NCBI GenBank assembly: GCA_002104905.1
Contig: MCFE01000464.1
Location: forward strand, 1-64,000
Direction of reading: 5' to 3'
Length of the DNA: 64,000 nucleotides
DNA from: Basidiobolus meristosporus CBS 931.73
Taxonomy: Eukaryota > Fungi > Basidiobolomycota
Shown in pieces: positions 1 through 11,927 of the stretch. Numbering within the stretch: the first letter of the stretch is position 1; each line of letters begins with the position of its first letter. The position numbers were made by a program, and so were the translations under genes. A model generated the notes under the pieces. It was not told where the DNA came from, did no database searches, and saw only the letters and a list, made by a program, of their open reading frames with translations.

Positions 1-325
1 CTACTTTTACATTCAATAAATCATTAAGTGAAAACCACATAATCTACTTGTCCTCCCAATCACTTCCAATATCTCCAAGACTCTTAAAACACTTGGCATA
101 ACAAGCATGTAGAATAGGCTAAGGAAGGTCCCAAGAACATGTGTGCAAAGTTTGGGGCTTTTTGGACAACTTTGAGAATTTCCATGTTCTGGGTACCTGG
201 GATTTTGGTGAATATATTTTAAGTCCCAATAAGGAATTTGGTCACTATTCTCTAGGATTTGAAGGTAATGAGCTAAGTGACTAAGTTAGGTGAATATTTA
301 GGTGGAGTTAAAATTTTTTACAACA
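1..325. mobile_element. Composite LTR debris of the same copia family: 1-91 is an inverted copy of 646-736; 92-325 is a direct copy of about 757-994
   Basis: By-eye alignment. 1-91 is the diverged reverse complement of 646-736. 92-325 shares long blocks with 757-994 (e.g. ctaagtgactaagttaggtgaatatttaggtgga) and also ends in ttttacaaca. Confidence 0.85.
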
Positions 326-614
326 CTAATGCCTTCCAGGCATTCTTTGCTGTTTTTGCTCTAGAGCATTGTATTAGTAATTTGACTTTAACATGAAGGC
401 AAATGCAGTTAAAGGCACATTGCTCTCTCTTCTGGTATCCTGAGGCTTCCTGTCCTATGCAATTAGGAGCACATTCTTCTCCTCTGACCATATGCCAAAG
501 GCCTCTTTGTTGTAGCAGCATCTTCATCTTCATCTTCACCTTCCACACTTAGTATTTGGATCCATCCAACTTTTCAGCAGAGGGAAAAATTCCAGTAATA
601 GCAGTAGTAGACAT
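326..614 (-). pseudogene. Truncated Ty1/copia gag N-terminus (DUF4219/UBN2-like)
   Basis: ATG at 614 reads MSTTAITGIFPSAEKLDGSKY*VWKVKMKMKMLLQQRGLW...CICLHV...AKTAKNAWKAL, matching the copia gag pattern KLDGxNYxxWKxKMxxLL...LW...AKxAWxxL. One in-frame stop; cut off by another LTR end at 325. Confidence 0.85.
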
Positions 615-645
615 TGCAGAGAGTGACAGCTTGGGGCTCATAGCC

Positions 646-994
646 TGTTGTAAGAGTCTTTGAGATATTGGAATTGATTGGGAGAACGAGTACAATATGT
701 GGTTTTCACTCAATGATCAATTGAATGTAAAAGTAGTATTTATACTTTTACATGATCTTGGCATTACAAACACGTAAAATAGGCTTAGGAAGGTCCCAAG
801 AATATGTGTGCTGGGTTTGGGGCTGTTTGGACAACTTACCTAATTTTCATGTTTTGGGTACCTGATATTTTGGTGAAAATATTCCAAGTAAATCCCGACA
901 AGGGATTTGGTCAGTATTCTCTAAGATTTGTAGGCAATGATCTAAGTGACTAAGTTAGGTGAATATTTAGGTGGAATTCCAAATTTTTACAACA
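646..994 (-). mobile_element. Ty1/copia LTR (5' LTR of a minus-strand element), 349 bp
   Basis: Bounded by TGTTGTAA...TTACAACA inverted ends. On the minus strand it is followed immediately by GGCTATGAGCCCCAA (631-645), resembling the GGTTATGGGCCC copia primer-binding site, and then by a gag start. Confidence 0.85.
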
Positions 995-1314
995 GTTTAT
1001 GAAGTAGTGTTACATGTCAGCTCATAAAGCATGTTACACTTCATCTTGCTATAGAACATATGGCCATTGAAATTAGTCATATTGATATAACTACTTGTTA
1101 ACAGTTGCTACTTGATCAGAAGCAATCATAATGATAAAAAGCCAATTTATTTCAAGCTCGTGGAAATAGGTCAATATGAAGAATGGTTAGGGTATGAGCT
1201 TTGGAATTATGCGGGAAAAGGAACTTTTTGCTATCAATAAGTGATACAATTAGTTGGGTTAATAGAGTCAATTACTATATATATATTAGCGCTTTGTTGG
1301 CTTCTATTTGGTCT

Positions 1315-2769
1315 CTACACAGAACAGTAAGTAGGATCTTCACTGGCAACAATATCCCCGATTTTGCCGTTGTTATTATTTTCATGCCTAAGCCGTCTAA
1401 GCTTGTAGCGAGCCAATATCATTGATAGTAATCCGGGAACAACGATCCAAGCAGTGATTACTAACCAGTTGATCCACATAGTATGTGTCAATGATCCGTA
1501 GAAAATACTGCGTAAACCGCGGACGCCATAGTACATCGGAAAAGCTAAGCCGACTTTGGCTAAACCAGGTTGAAGTACGTTGCTGATTATTCCGTCGCTA
1601 GTCGTCAATTGCAGAACAAGCAAGAGTGTGCCTGGGACTTGGAAGCCTTCTGCTGATAAAAGTATCGCCATCAAGAAGAGGATGCTTAAGAAGGCAAAGC
1701 TGGTGTACCACACAAATGCGATCGCATACCCGGCATTCCTCCATTCAAACTGATTATTGGCAAGTGACACAGATGGTATCATAATAGATATGGATTGGAA
1801 TAAAGTTAGGACGGCAGCTAGAAACCCCCAAGCCATCACTACGCGAACTGCGGGGAATTTCCATGAACGAGACACCTCTCTCATCCGCAGAAATTTACTG
1901 ACAATGGTTACAGTCAACAGACAACCGATGTATGACACCACGAAAGCAACATACGACGCAAAATTCGACCCGTAAGCGCGCACGGGATGAAGTACAGTTT
2001 CACGGACTTTTAGGAAATCCACCCAAAGCATAGGATCCATTGCTTGAGTCAGCATCGGACCAGCCTTGCTGGTTAGGAATTGCTTTGCTAGCGAAGAAGA
2101 AAATGCGTCGAATGCCAGATTTTTTGCCTGACGCAAGAAACTCTGGGTGTTGTAATTACGTCCTTGGTCGAATATCCATTCGACTTCCCATGACTGTCTG
2201 GTGGCAGCGTTGGTAGCAGATAGAAAGTTCTGAGAGAAGTTGGATGGAATATACAGCAATGCCCAGTAATCTCCATGATTCAAGGTCTCTATGGCTTCCT
2301 CTCTCGTAGTGGAGTCGGGGAGGGCACTCCATGTTAACGCGTGATAGAGTGGTAGCGCAGGGTTCATGATCGTGCTTGATACTAGCTTGCCAGCTGAATC
2401 GCCACTAAACAAGCCTAGCATAAGTTGGTGGACCTCGGTAGGGACACCGTTAAAGTTGAATCCGGTATCTTGGTTAACTAAAGCAACTTCTAGATGAGAC
2501 ACACGTCCCAGAGGATTCCATAAGAAACCAGCATATATCCACTGATAGCAAAGTGTGACAAGGAATATGATGAAGCCAACAAGGACAAATGAGTTGGTTA
2601 TTAGGTGAGGCAGAACTACATATTGCGGGAACAGTTGTCGAAACGAGCGTGTAGGCTTCTTTGCACTCTGCTCCGCTTCTACTGAACCAGGTACATGTAG
2701 CTGAGAGTTAGATTCACCATGTTGAGGATATACAGTCTTCTCCTCCATAGTGGCTCCTTCATTAGACAT
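1315..2769 (-). CDS. SNG1-like / YhgE-Pip-like (DUF3533) multi-pass membrane protein
   Basis: 484-aa ORF: N-terminal TM, large extracellular loop with family motifs LEVALVNQDTG, YWALLYIPSNFS and DQGRN, then about 6 hydrophobic helices of ABC-2-like layout. Confidence 0.8.
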   Translation of the reverse strand: MSNEGATMEEKTVYPQHGESNSQLHVPGSVEAEQSAKKPTRSFRQLFPQYVVLPHLITNSFVLVGFIIFLVTLCYQWIYAGFLWNPLGRVSHLEVALVNQDTGFNFNGVPTEVHQLMLGLFSGDSAGKLVSSTIMNPALPLYHALTWSALPDSTTREEAIETLNHGDYWALLYIPSNFSQNFLSATNAATRQSWEVEWIFDQGRNYNTQSFLRQAKNLAFDAFSSSLAKQFLTSKAGPMLTQAMDPMLWVDFLKVRETVLHPVRAYGSNFASYVAFVVSYIGCLLTVTIVSKFLRMREVSRSWKFPAVRVVMAWGFLAAVLTLFQSISIMIPSVSLANNQFEWRNAGYAIAFVWYTSFAFLSILFLMAILLSAEGFQVPGTLLLVLQLTTSDGIISNVLQPGLAKVGLAFPMYYGVRGLRSIFYGSLTHTMWINWLVITAWIVVPGLLSMILARYKLRRLRHENNNNGKIGDIVASEDPTYCSV

Positions 2770-2858
2770 GTTTGTGAGGGTGTAGGTCGCTGACAGGTGA
2801 GCTTGCGATTAGAGTTGTTAACAATACTAGGTTTGAAAGCTCTAAGTAACTTGGTTCT

Positions 2859-2923
2859 TTATATAAGCCAAGCTGAGCCAAGGCTCTTGTGCTTGTTTTC
2901 GGTACATCGGCTCGGAGGCTCGG
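2859..2923 (-). promoter_or_regulatory. TATA-like box (TTATATAA, 2859-2866) and four TCGG repeats upstream of the SNG1-like gene
   Basis: TATA element about 90 nt upstream of the ATG at 2769. CGG triplets at 2900, 2908, 2913 and 2921 (CGG-N5-CGG twice); CGG triplets are the usual Zn2Cys6 half-sites. Confidence 0.35.
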
Positions 2924-5900
2924 AAATGTGATAGCCAATGGGGCCTGACCCCTCCAACCGCACCGACTTCGAGTACCATCTGCGTGGCTTTTTTCCTTAC
3001 TAGATATTATTAATTGAGAACCGGATGAAGTATCGAATTGTTCAACTTCAAGGTAATATTAATTAATTATTGAAGCATGCATCTTATAAAATCCCATTGC
3101 TTGTTTTAGCAAAACCAGTTACTTAATTGAGCATATGGGAGCAAAATTAAGATTTACTACACGACAATGAACGATTTTGGACCCTTGATGTGATATCACA
3201 TGAAAAGCGGCATTTAACATTTCAGCGGTGGGCCTCGACTGCCAAGCGCGATGGACTTGGTGGAGAATTCAGTCAGCATTGGGGTTAAAAATAGGATCGT
3301 GTACAAATATTGTGGCTCCTTCTCAGTGATTGCTGCTCAATCTTGTAGAGGCTCCTCCCCAACGCCCCTCACTCAGTAGTTAATTGAATTTCTTCTCAAC
3401 TAGGCAAGAAATCGATAAATTGCGGCCCCAAGCCTCGCCCTCTCCAACGGGAACTGTTTGGTATGCTCTACATATGAGAAACATTTCATCTGAATAGTAT
3501 TTCCATCCTAAGCCTCGATGTAGCCTGTACACCATGGAGCCCGTCTACAATCACATGCAAATCCCATATAAAGAAATTAGTCCATAGAGCAGTAATATCA
3601 AGCATACTGTGGCATTCAGGCCCCTTGGCTACTTAAGTCGGTGTTAGAGTCGGATTATATTCCGGATGTTACACCGTATAGGTGATCAGTGTTTGTTACT
3701 TGGTAATGATCGAGAGATGGCGATAACATTAAAGTTTAGTCTGCAGATAAGCTCATCTTTCCATTACATATTTTATGGTCCAACTCCAGCACATATATTC
3801 ACTCCTGGAGTTGATCCCCTATCGGCACGGAGATAGCCAATCCGACACGGTAGTCCTATACTGAATCATCGTATTTAGGAAAAACTGCTCTTACACGAAT
3901 CAAACTTGGGTGAAGTGCATGGTTATTAGCTGATCTGCAAAGTACTCCAAAAGCTCACAAACTTTGCACACATCGCTCCAAGGCCTTTATAGCATATCTA
4001 TCAGCTTTTTATAAAGCTCTGTTTAGAGTCTGAGTATTCTTTTGAAGTCGATTAATATAAGTGCATACCATGCTCCATTGGTTATTCTAATTCATCTTCG
4101 AGCTATCAAAATACTAGCTAAGAAAAGAAAAGGAGGGTGGAAAGTGTAAAGAAGCTGACAAGTTCTGTACTGCAACTGTATTAGATGTACATAGTAATAG
4201 GTGGAATTCTTTTATACCAATTACTGGTGATTTGATTCCTCCGATAGGATTTTAATTCATCATATTGCTAATGTAGTTGATAGCATATTAATTTAAGCTG
4301 TCAGATTCCAAATTGGCCAATCCAGACAGCATGAAAACTATCACTGTAGATGGTGATTAAGGTTTCTGTGGATTTAACCGCCACATTAGTCTAATGCCGT
4401 TGGAATATGAATGATGGAGAACCCCAAGTAGGTAGTAAATTGCTCCAAGGCCTGATAGAAGGAAAGATAGCTACTTCGTGGAGATGAGATTAATTTCCAT
4501 TTATTTGGCAGTTGTAATTATTGCTTTGTGCCAGGCTATTGTTGTGAGGATATATATGTATGATATTCTTCTGTAGCGTCCATACTTCCTGAAAACTCGC
4601 AGCTTGCATTTTTATTTTCCTTGGGCTTGTATGCTTTAAGGTCGACGGTAAGCTTTTGCTGGAAGCAGGTTAGTATTAGAGTATTGGTAAGAGATACCCT
4701 GTGAAATGTGGTTTTGCGTTGCACTTTCCATATGCTTGCAATCTTGGACCACATCATAAAATCAGTTGATAGAACTGTATGCAATGCAACAAAAGCATTT
4801 AGCTATCAATAGGAGACTTCCTGGTGCTACATATATGGAGTTCTTGTGTGTTGATGCAATATTTTGTAGCTCAAGGCTGCAGTTGCAAGCCGTTGATTCA
4901 TGTTTTTCTCGTGCGCTGTATTTATGCTATACAATTTTATTTCAACATTATATCTCTAAATCCACCAATAATCCGCACAATATCGGTTTATACACGCTGG
5001 GCTTGTGAGTCCATCAAGATCCCAATCCCACACGCAATCAGATATATCATAAAGGCTTTCAACGGGCTTTGGATATACCAACTACCTTAGTTCTTAGTAA
5101 AGTATCTTTGGCACCATTAACTGAGGTGGCAAATATTATAGTGCACGTAAGACAACCCTGGTAATTGAATTCAAAAGTATGCAAATCTGTACACAGACTT
5201 TAACTCGGGAGATGCGGATTCGGTTTCTCACCCATCTTTACCGAGCAAATGTCTACAGCCTGTGGATCAACTTGCAAGAGAACAAATTGCATCTGTTGGA
5301 TGTCGACATTGAGCCTCAATAGGCAATATAAAAGCAAAACTAACCAAACTTGCCATTTATCTAGACACCTTTCTCCCAATGGAAGTTCGAAGATTTGATC
5401 GCGACCTTCAAATAGCTACATAAGAGAAATTAGATCAAAGATGGAGGTTGACGATCTAGATGAGATGCAAGAATCTATTCTAGAGTGAGTTATTCGAATT
5501 AATTTCGATTTCGCATTACATAATCCAAAATGGATGAAACAGATTTTCGAATTCATATAGAAGGCTCTTTTATGTACCAGAACTACGCACTCTCTCTATG
5601 ACGATTTCAAATCACATTTGTTGGTGGATACTGGTGAACTTGGTACCACGTCAAACATAAATAGATGACTCTTGTGGCCGTGTCACCTTGGCCTGTAGGC
5701 TAAGTGGATATGTGGTGTGAAAAAGTAGGTAACGTAGTGTGAGCTTAGTGCAACATTAAACTCAGCAGACACTCAAGTCAATGGAACCAAGCTCCACTCT
5801 GCTAGAATAAGCATCCGATATTGTCTTAGAGGGAGATGGGTGCGGGAATGGGATGGCTTATCATTGTCACCAAGCTTCTAGTCCATCCATCACGGGGAAA

Positions 5901-6407
5901 ATTTGCCAATTTGGAATCCGTAGCCTCTTCAAGTCAACCATCCCAAGGCGAGGGTTGTTTGTATTTCCGTGATTGCACGAGCCCCACAGGTCAGAATTTT
6001 AGGGGTCAGCATTAGGGCTTCACAACCCAATACCAAATACACAATAGATTCATATGGAATCTCGAATGTCGTTGATAAGCAGGGAAGCTTTTGATTAGTT
6101 CATTTATTGTCTCGCTCACTGGGATTCAATAAATTGCTTTTTACAATTTATTGAAACTACTGACCCCTAAACCTCGATAATAAGAATGATTGGAAAATTA
6201 TACAAATAGAACTGTCACTGATCCTGTGATCGATACCCAAGCTAATGCTCCATTTGCCTTTTTTTCTTCATTCAACAGATATTTATCAGCCAAAGCTTTT
6301 TCAACCTTGAACTGCGCGTACTTCTTTTGGTAACTCACACATTTAGTCCAAGTTTTACTACATCATCCCCGAGCCCGCGATCCCACTTGAAACTCACCTT
6401 TCGTAAA

Positions 6408-8974
6408 ATGAACAACAACAATCCCTCCGAACCCCCTGATCCTTCAAAACCAACCAAACGAAAGCGTTTAACCCAGGCTTGCGATACCTGTCGAAAAAAG
6501 AAAGTGAAATGTGATGGAAATCGCCCTAGTTGTTCAAATTGCATTCGCCTCAAGGTGCCCTGCACCTATTTGCCAAGCTTGAAAAAACGTGGGCCAAGAC
6601 AAGGCCAAAGCGACAAAGCAGATAGCTCTTTCAACAAAGTCCCGGAGTATCTGCGAGGCATCCCTGGTACCGAGAACCTAGGTTTTGGGAATCCGAGCCA
6701 AATGAGCGGATCTATACAGCCGGTTGGTCTGAGACCAGTGGCCAGAATGGCCCCACTATCCGGCTTCATGGGCAACATGTCTGGCGTCTCAAATAACTCA
6801 CAAAACGTGTTTTTATCCCAGTTTAACGTGCCTCAGTATAGCAACAGCAACAACAGAAACTTTTCTTCATCTCCCGGCAGTGGCCAGGCAAATGATCAAA
6901 GCAAAAACTCTGGTCTAGGGCAATCTCCCAGTAGTAGCACTCAGAGCGAGGAGGATGCTGTCAGAGAAAAGGTGGAGCAGGTTTGGTCACATTCCTACCT
7001 GGGCAACACGTCAGGTCTTAGTGCTATCGCTCCCAACAGCGGAAAAGAAGGAACCCCTTCGCCTAAGCAATCTTCCAACCAGAATAATCTGCTTGGTGCC
7101 ACTTCTCTCCCACCCACCGAAATCACCGAACACTTGCTTTCGGTTTACTTTAGTACGATCCATCCGCAAATGCCCTTCATTCACAAGCCTTCGTTCTACA
7201 CTAAACTCAAAAATGGGGAAGTTCCCCCAATCCTGATTTTGAGTATCTGCGCCTGTGTTTCACGCTTTTCCAATCACCCGGGTATATTGGCTGATCCAAC
7301 TACCAGAAGCGGGGAAATTTTTTCCAACCGGTTTCGTAACATTCTTCTCAAGTGCCTGGACGGTCCTAGTGTTTTCACGACCGAAGCTCTGTTAATTGCC
7401 TCCTATTATGAGTATATGAATGCGAGATATCCAAGAGCATGGATGTATCTAGGAATGGCCATTAGGTAAAGTACAAATCATCTGTTTACACCCACTGGTT
7501 TCTTTCGAATAGGTTTATTTACGGAGTTTTTCTCTGCAGAATGGCACAAGAGCTAGGAATCAACCGAATAGACGAAAATGACAACACTTCCGAACAATCT
7601 TCCAACGATTGGGTCGAGATTGAAACCCAACGACGACTCTGGTGGTCGTGTTTCATTCGAGACAGAATCGGCAGTACTGGAACAGGACGGCCCATGGCTA
7701 TTGACGAGCAAGATAGTAGAGTGTTTCTTCCAAGCCCCGATTCGAACTGGGAGAACGAAAGGCCAGTACCTGGGCATTTGTTAGAGACATCAGATCAACT
7801 TAATACGTCTTTACTCTCGGGCGAATCAGTCAGCCCATGGTCAATTTTCATACGTTTAGCTGCACTTATGGGCAAAGCCTCGCAATTTGTAAACAGCCCC
7901 AAAGACTGTCGGGAGAACTCTGCAGAGAGCGATTCCAAGTTTGCTTTTCTGGACGCGGCGTTAACCTCTTGGTCCATGTCTTTACCACAAAATCTTCAAT
8001 ACTCGAGCAACTCGATGATCGAGAAATCACCAGCAGGGTATGCGCAGACCGCCTTCCTTTGTACTCTTCATATTATGTACCATACCTCGATCATATTACT
8101 CCACCGCTCAAGCTTGGATCGAGTCGAGAATCAGCCTATCTATTCAGCTGCAACTAGCTTTGCCTCCGAGTCGCTGGACAGATGTATTTCTTCTGCAAAC
8201 ACCATTACCACGATCATTCAAGACCTTGACAAATTCCCTGCCTGCTATAATTATCCCCACATTTGCTTCTGCATCTTCAACGGTGGCACTATCCATGTTC
8301 ACACTCTGTTCTCCAGCACCGATTCCGAAACCATTGCGGAGGCCAAAGCCAAGCTTGAGATTCATTACCAGGTGCTGCAAAGACTGAAGTCCGTCTGGAT
8401 CATGGCAGAGAAGTATTGTGCTATTCTCAAGGGCATCGTAGCGCTTGGGCATCGACCAGCAATGGTCTCCCCCAACACAAACTCGCTTGTCCAAGAACTC
8501 AACCAGAACGCTGTCCAGGTTGGGTTTGCATTTGAGCAGCCGCTCTATCAATTCCCCCCAGATTCGGACTCTGGAATGGTGAATCAGCAGAACAAATCGG
8601 GGGGAGTTCCTGGTGAAGATTTTTCTTTTACGCCCAACTTCATCCCCAACGGCTTCCAGATGATCCCCGACTTCAATAGCCCGAACATCCGTATCGCCAA
8701 TGGATCAACTGACTTGACCTCGGGTTTTGAGAATTTGCTAGATTTACCAATAGCTCAAGGAAACGCGTTTTTCGATACGTTATTTGGGAATATGATGGTT
8801 AATCCGATGGACTCGAACCCAACCAACAATTTATTTACCCAAATGTACAATCAACCGATGACCCAGTCTGGTAATGATAACAACACTGCCGTCGTTGAAG
8901 ACCAACAGAACCTCTCCCAAAGCAACAACGGTGGTATGCAGAGTGTATGGAGTATCAAAAGTAGCACGAGATAA
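6408..8974 (+). CDS. Zn(II)2Cys6 (GAL4-type) transcription factor with fungal-specific middle homology region; 2 exons
   Basis: ACDTCRKKKVKCDGNRPSCSNCIRLKVPCTY binuclear cluster; MHR motifs YFSTIHPQMPFIHK, AWMYLGMAIR/MAQELG and RRLWWSCFIRDR. GT-AG intron 7466-7539 joins the two ORFs in frame. Confidence 0.95.
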
Positions 8975-9749
8975 TCGGAAAAGTCATAGGCATACATATT
9001 GGTGTATTTGTTTGCATATCTATACTTCATTGACATTTTGTTTCCTTCCTTCGTTCCCTCTATGTATATAGCATTTCTAACATAGATTATTAGGCCATTG
9101 ATATTTAATACTTATATAAAAAAACAAACAAAAACCAACGCGCCCCCATACCAAACGAACCTAGCGCGTTTCAGACCAGAGAAAAAAAGAAAATGCCAAC
9201 CTCCTCCCTGGAATACCCCACCAAGCAGGCTGACACATCTTGTGGATCGTGGTATACTATTATCCCTAGCAGAGAGATCCAACGAATCTGGTATCACATT
9301 GGGCATATTGCTCTATTCTTTGGGATATTTTCTTATCCCTGTGCGTGACACACCAGATCTAAAGGAGAGGATCGATGGAGTTTGATAGGATATGTACCTG
9401 TGATAAGGATTTCTGGTTGACGTTGACGGACAAACCGGGGATCCCTGAGACTGCTATGGTTTTTGCGGGAGCGATTGAAAGCGGTCCATCCACAAAGCTG
9501 AAGGCTGAGGGCAGCTGCAAGGATTTGGATTCTGATTTCGTAACTACCAACAAAAGAATACTTCCTGATCCAGCCAGGTCTATATTTGGTTGAAATTCAT
9601 CCATATTTGCTCAGCTCTCTGAGTAGTTTCCATATCCAGGCTGGCTTGAATACATAAACAGACCTGGCAGATATAAACCAAGCAACACGACACGTATATG
9701 TAACTTGATCGCTAAACAGGTCCCAAGAAACTTCTCATCAAGTTCATTC

Positions 9750-10035
9750 ACAGCCACCACATATCCCAAGATGGTCAAGCATCCAGCGTTTGGGACAAAC
9801 GTGGTGTGCATTAATCCCTGGCATCAAGATCATCCCTCTCATATCAAGCTGTATATAGTATTTAGTGATTGGACCATATTTTGACAGGAATCCATTGCCA
9901 AATTGGTCTCAGGTGGAATAAATATTACCAATGGGTCTCTGGCTAGTACTGTGTCATATACGTTAGCCCAAGTGTAAATTCCAACGATTGGCAAATTCTT
10001 CAGCAGTGCTGTTATTTCCTATTGCTGCAGCAAAT
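9750..10035 (-). pseudogene. Stop-riddled coding remnant, possibly the C-terminal region of a glutaminase GtaA-like protein
   Basis: One minus frame reads FAAAIGNNSTAEEFANRWNLHLG*..GNIYST*DQFGNGFLSKY..YYIQLDMRGDDLDARD*CT..PSWDMWWL, loosely recalling GtaA LYNLYAD..PLDxR..DWEMW. Weak, by eye only. Confidence 0.25.
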
Positions 10036-10338
10036 CATCAACGATCTGCATCTCCACAGAAAACGGTTGTATTGGATTTGGATGTCTCTCATTGGATATG
10101 CCTCCCAGTTTCTAGATTATTGTGTCATTTCCAACCAACCATGTTGTGAAAGAACTCTCCATTTGTCTGCACATGGCATAGGAATGGAGGCGCCTGTTTT
10201 CATATCCATCTCAGTGGGTGTCTGACGGCCGTAAAAACGGAATATCTTTATTTAAGAAGTTACAATAATAGTAATGAAAATACATACGATTTACAAAATC
10301 CCACTGAAGAATATTCGAACAGATAAGGTACACTAGGG

Positions 10339-11927
10339 CTAAGGCGATATGAGCTTGATTGAGGTGCTGCCATCTGGGAGATCAGCGGAGGTTGCTGTGG
10401 TTGGAATTAACTGTTGATTGCGCACACGAGCAAGTAGATTCTCAATGGTCTGGATATGTACACGCAGTGGAATATCTTCTATCAATGGGTGGGTGACCTG
10501 CTCCTTTAACACCTCCAAGTCCGCTTGAAGTTCGGATAGCTTCATTAGGATTGCTTGCACTTGACTCATAGCGAGGTGTCGCTGAGTGTCCAATTGCTGA
10601 AGCAAGGAGAGATTCTCCTCGAAGAATTTCCGCTGAATCTTGTTTCCGCCCAGTATAGACCAGAGCTCAGCTAAAAGCTCATCCTTCTGGACGAGTTGCA
10701 GGTTTTTCTCACGTGTCGTTATTTCATACACTCCATTTAAGATAGAATCCAGCTGATCTAGACCACCTAAAGTCTCTTGAGCCAGTAGTATCAGGTCTCG
10801 AACGTCGGTGCGCGCCGTTTCCATGCTCGTACGATACATGTCTTGAATTTCATCTCTGCTAGGTCCAAAGAGCGACGGGACTATATCCAACCCGTTAGCA
10901 AACAATATTAAATTAGCACAGTAGAATCTGAATTATACCGAGAAAGTCCATCCAGGAGCTATATAAGCTTCCGTCGATTCCGTCGAGATATTTTAGAAGA
11001 TAGGAGTTGTGGATAACAAATTTGTCCATTCCAGTGGTGGCTTTGGCTTGTAAATATTGTATCTGTCGGCCCACTTGTTTGGCCGTACGTTGGAATTCTT
11101 GAAGGTGCTCAACCAGCAACTCGGTACTGTCCAGTCTAGAATAACGAACGGTGGTTTTAAGATCGGTTACGGCCAGCTCTGCCTTTTTCAATTCCAGCGG
11201 TAGAGGTACCTTGGAGTTTGTTAGTTGGTTTAGAATCTCGGAATATACAGTTCCTTGCTTCTCAATCAGCTCGGAAAAATTCGGCGTGCTGCCTGGCCGA
11301 GGTGTGTTTCGACAGTCCAAAATATTGCCCACGAAAGGGTATCTGCAAACTGCAGAGTGCATTTGGTCAACCAATTCGTGAACTGAACTAGTACCAATAT
11401 TGATATTCCATATTACAAAAACAACCACAAGGTACAACGCCAAAAATGGCTTGAGGATGTTTAAGGTGATCATGAACACATCTATACACAGCATAAAAGT
11501 TAGTTCCTAAAAGTTTGCGAGTTCTTTAAAAAAAGGGATACGAACCCCAGATATATTTTAGGAGCGTTCCTACTGCCTCGAATATAAACAGTATACTGTG
11601 TTCTGGATATTTCTTTGGCTCCTCACCTGCCCTGTATTTTTCCTTTCTATCTTTACTCTCTTTGCCGAGCCCGAGTCTTTTTTCCTTCCCAGTATCAGCT
11701 AGTTTCTCAGCGCCCGGTTCCAAATCCAGAGACAAAGCCTTGCCCTTCTTCTTCTTCTTCTTTTTGGTTTTGTTTGTTTTTTCCTCGGAATTCTCTGCAG
11801 CCGGGGTGGTTGAAGAGTCTAGTGAATCTGACCGTGGACGGGTTTGTGGTTGAGACGGTGCATTATTTGCGGGCAAAAGAGTCGTCATGGGTTGGTCCGC
11901 CGACTGTTGCTCATCAGGATTGTTCAT
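10339..11927 (-). CDS. Conserved uncharacterised fungal membrane-anchored coiled-coil protein; 3 exons
   Basis: Three consecutive ORFs separated by short GT-AG introns. Disordered poly-K N-terminus, TM (ILKPFLALYLVVVFVIW), Cys pair, then a long helical region with motifs LPLELKKAELAVTDLKTTV, LAELWSILGGNK and IPLRVHI that I recognise from fungal hypothetical proteins. Confidence 0.75.
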
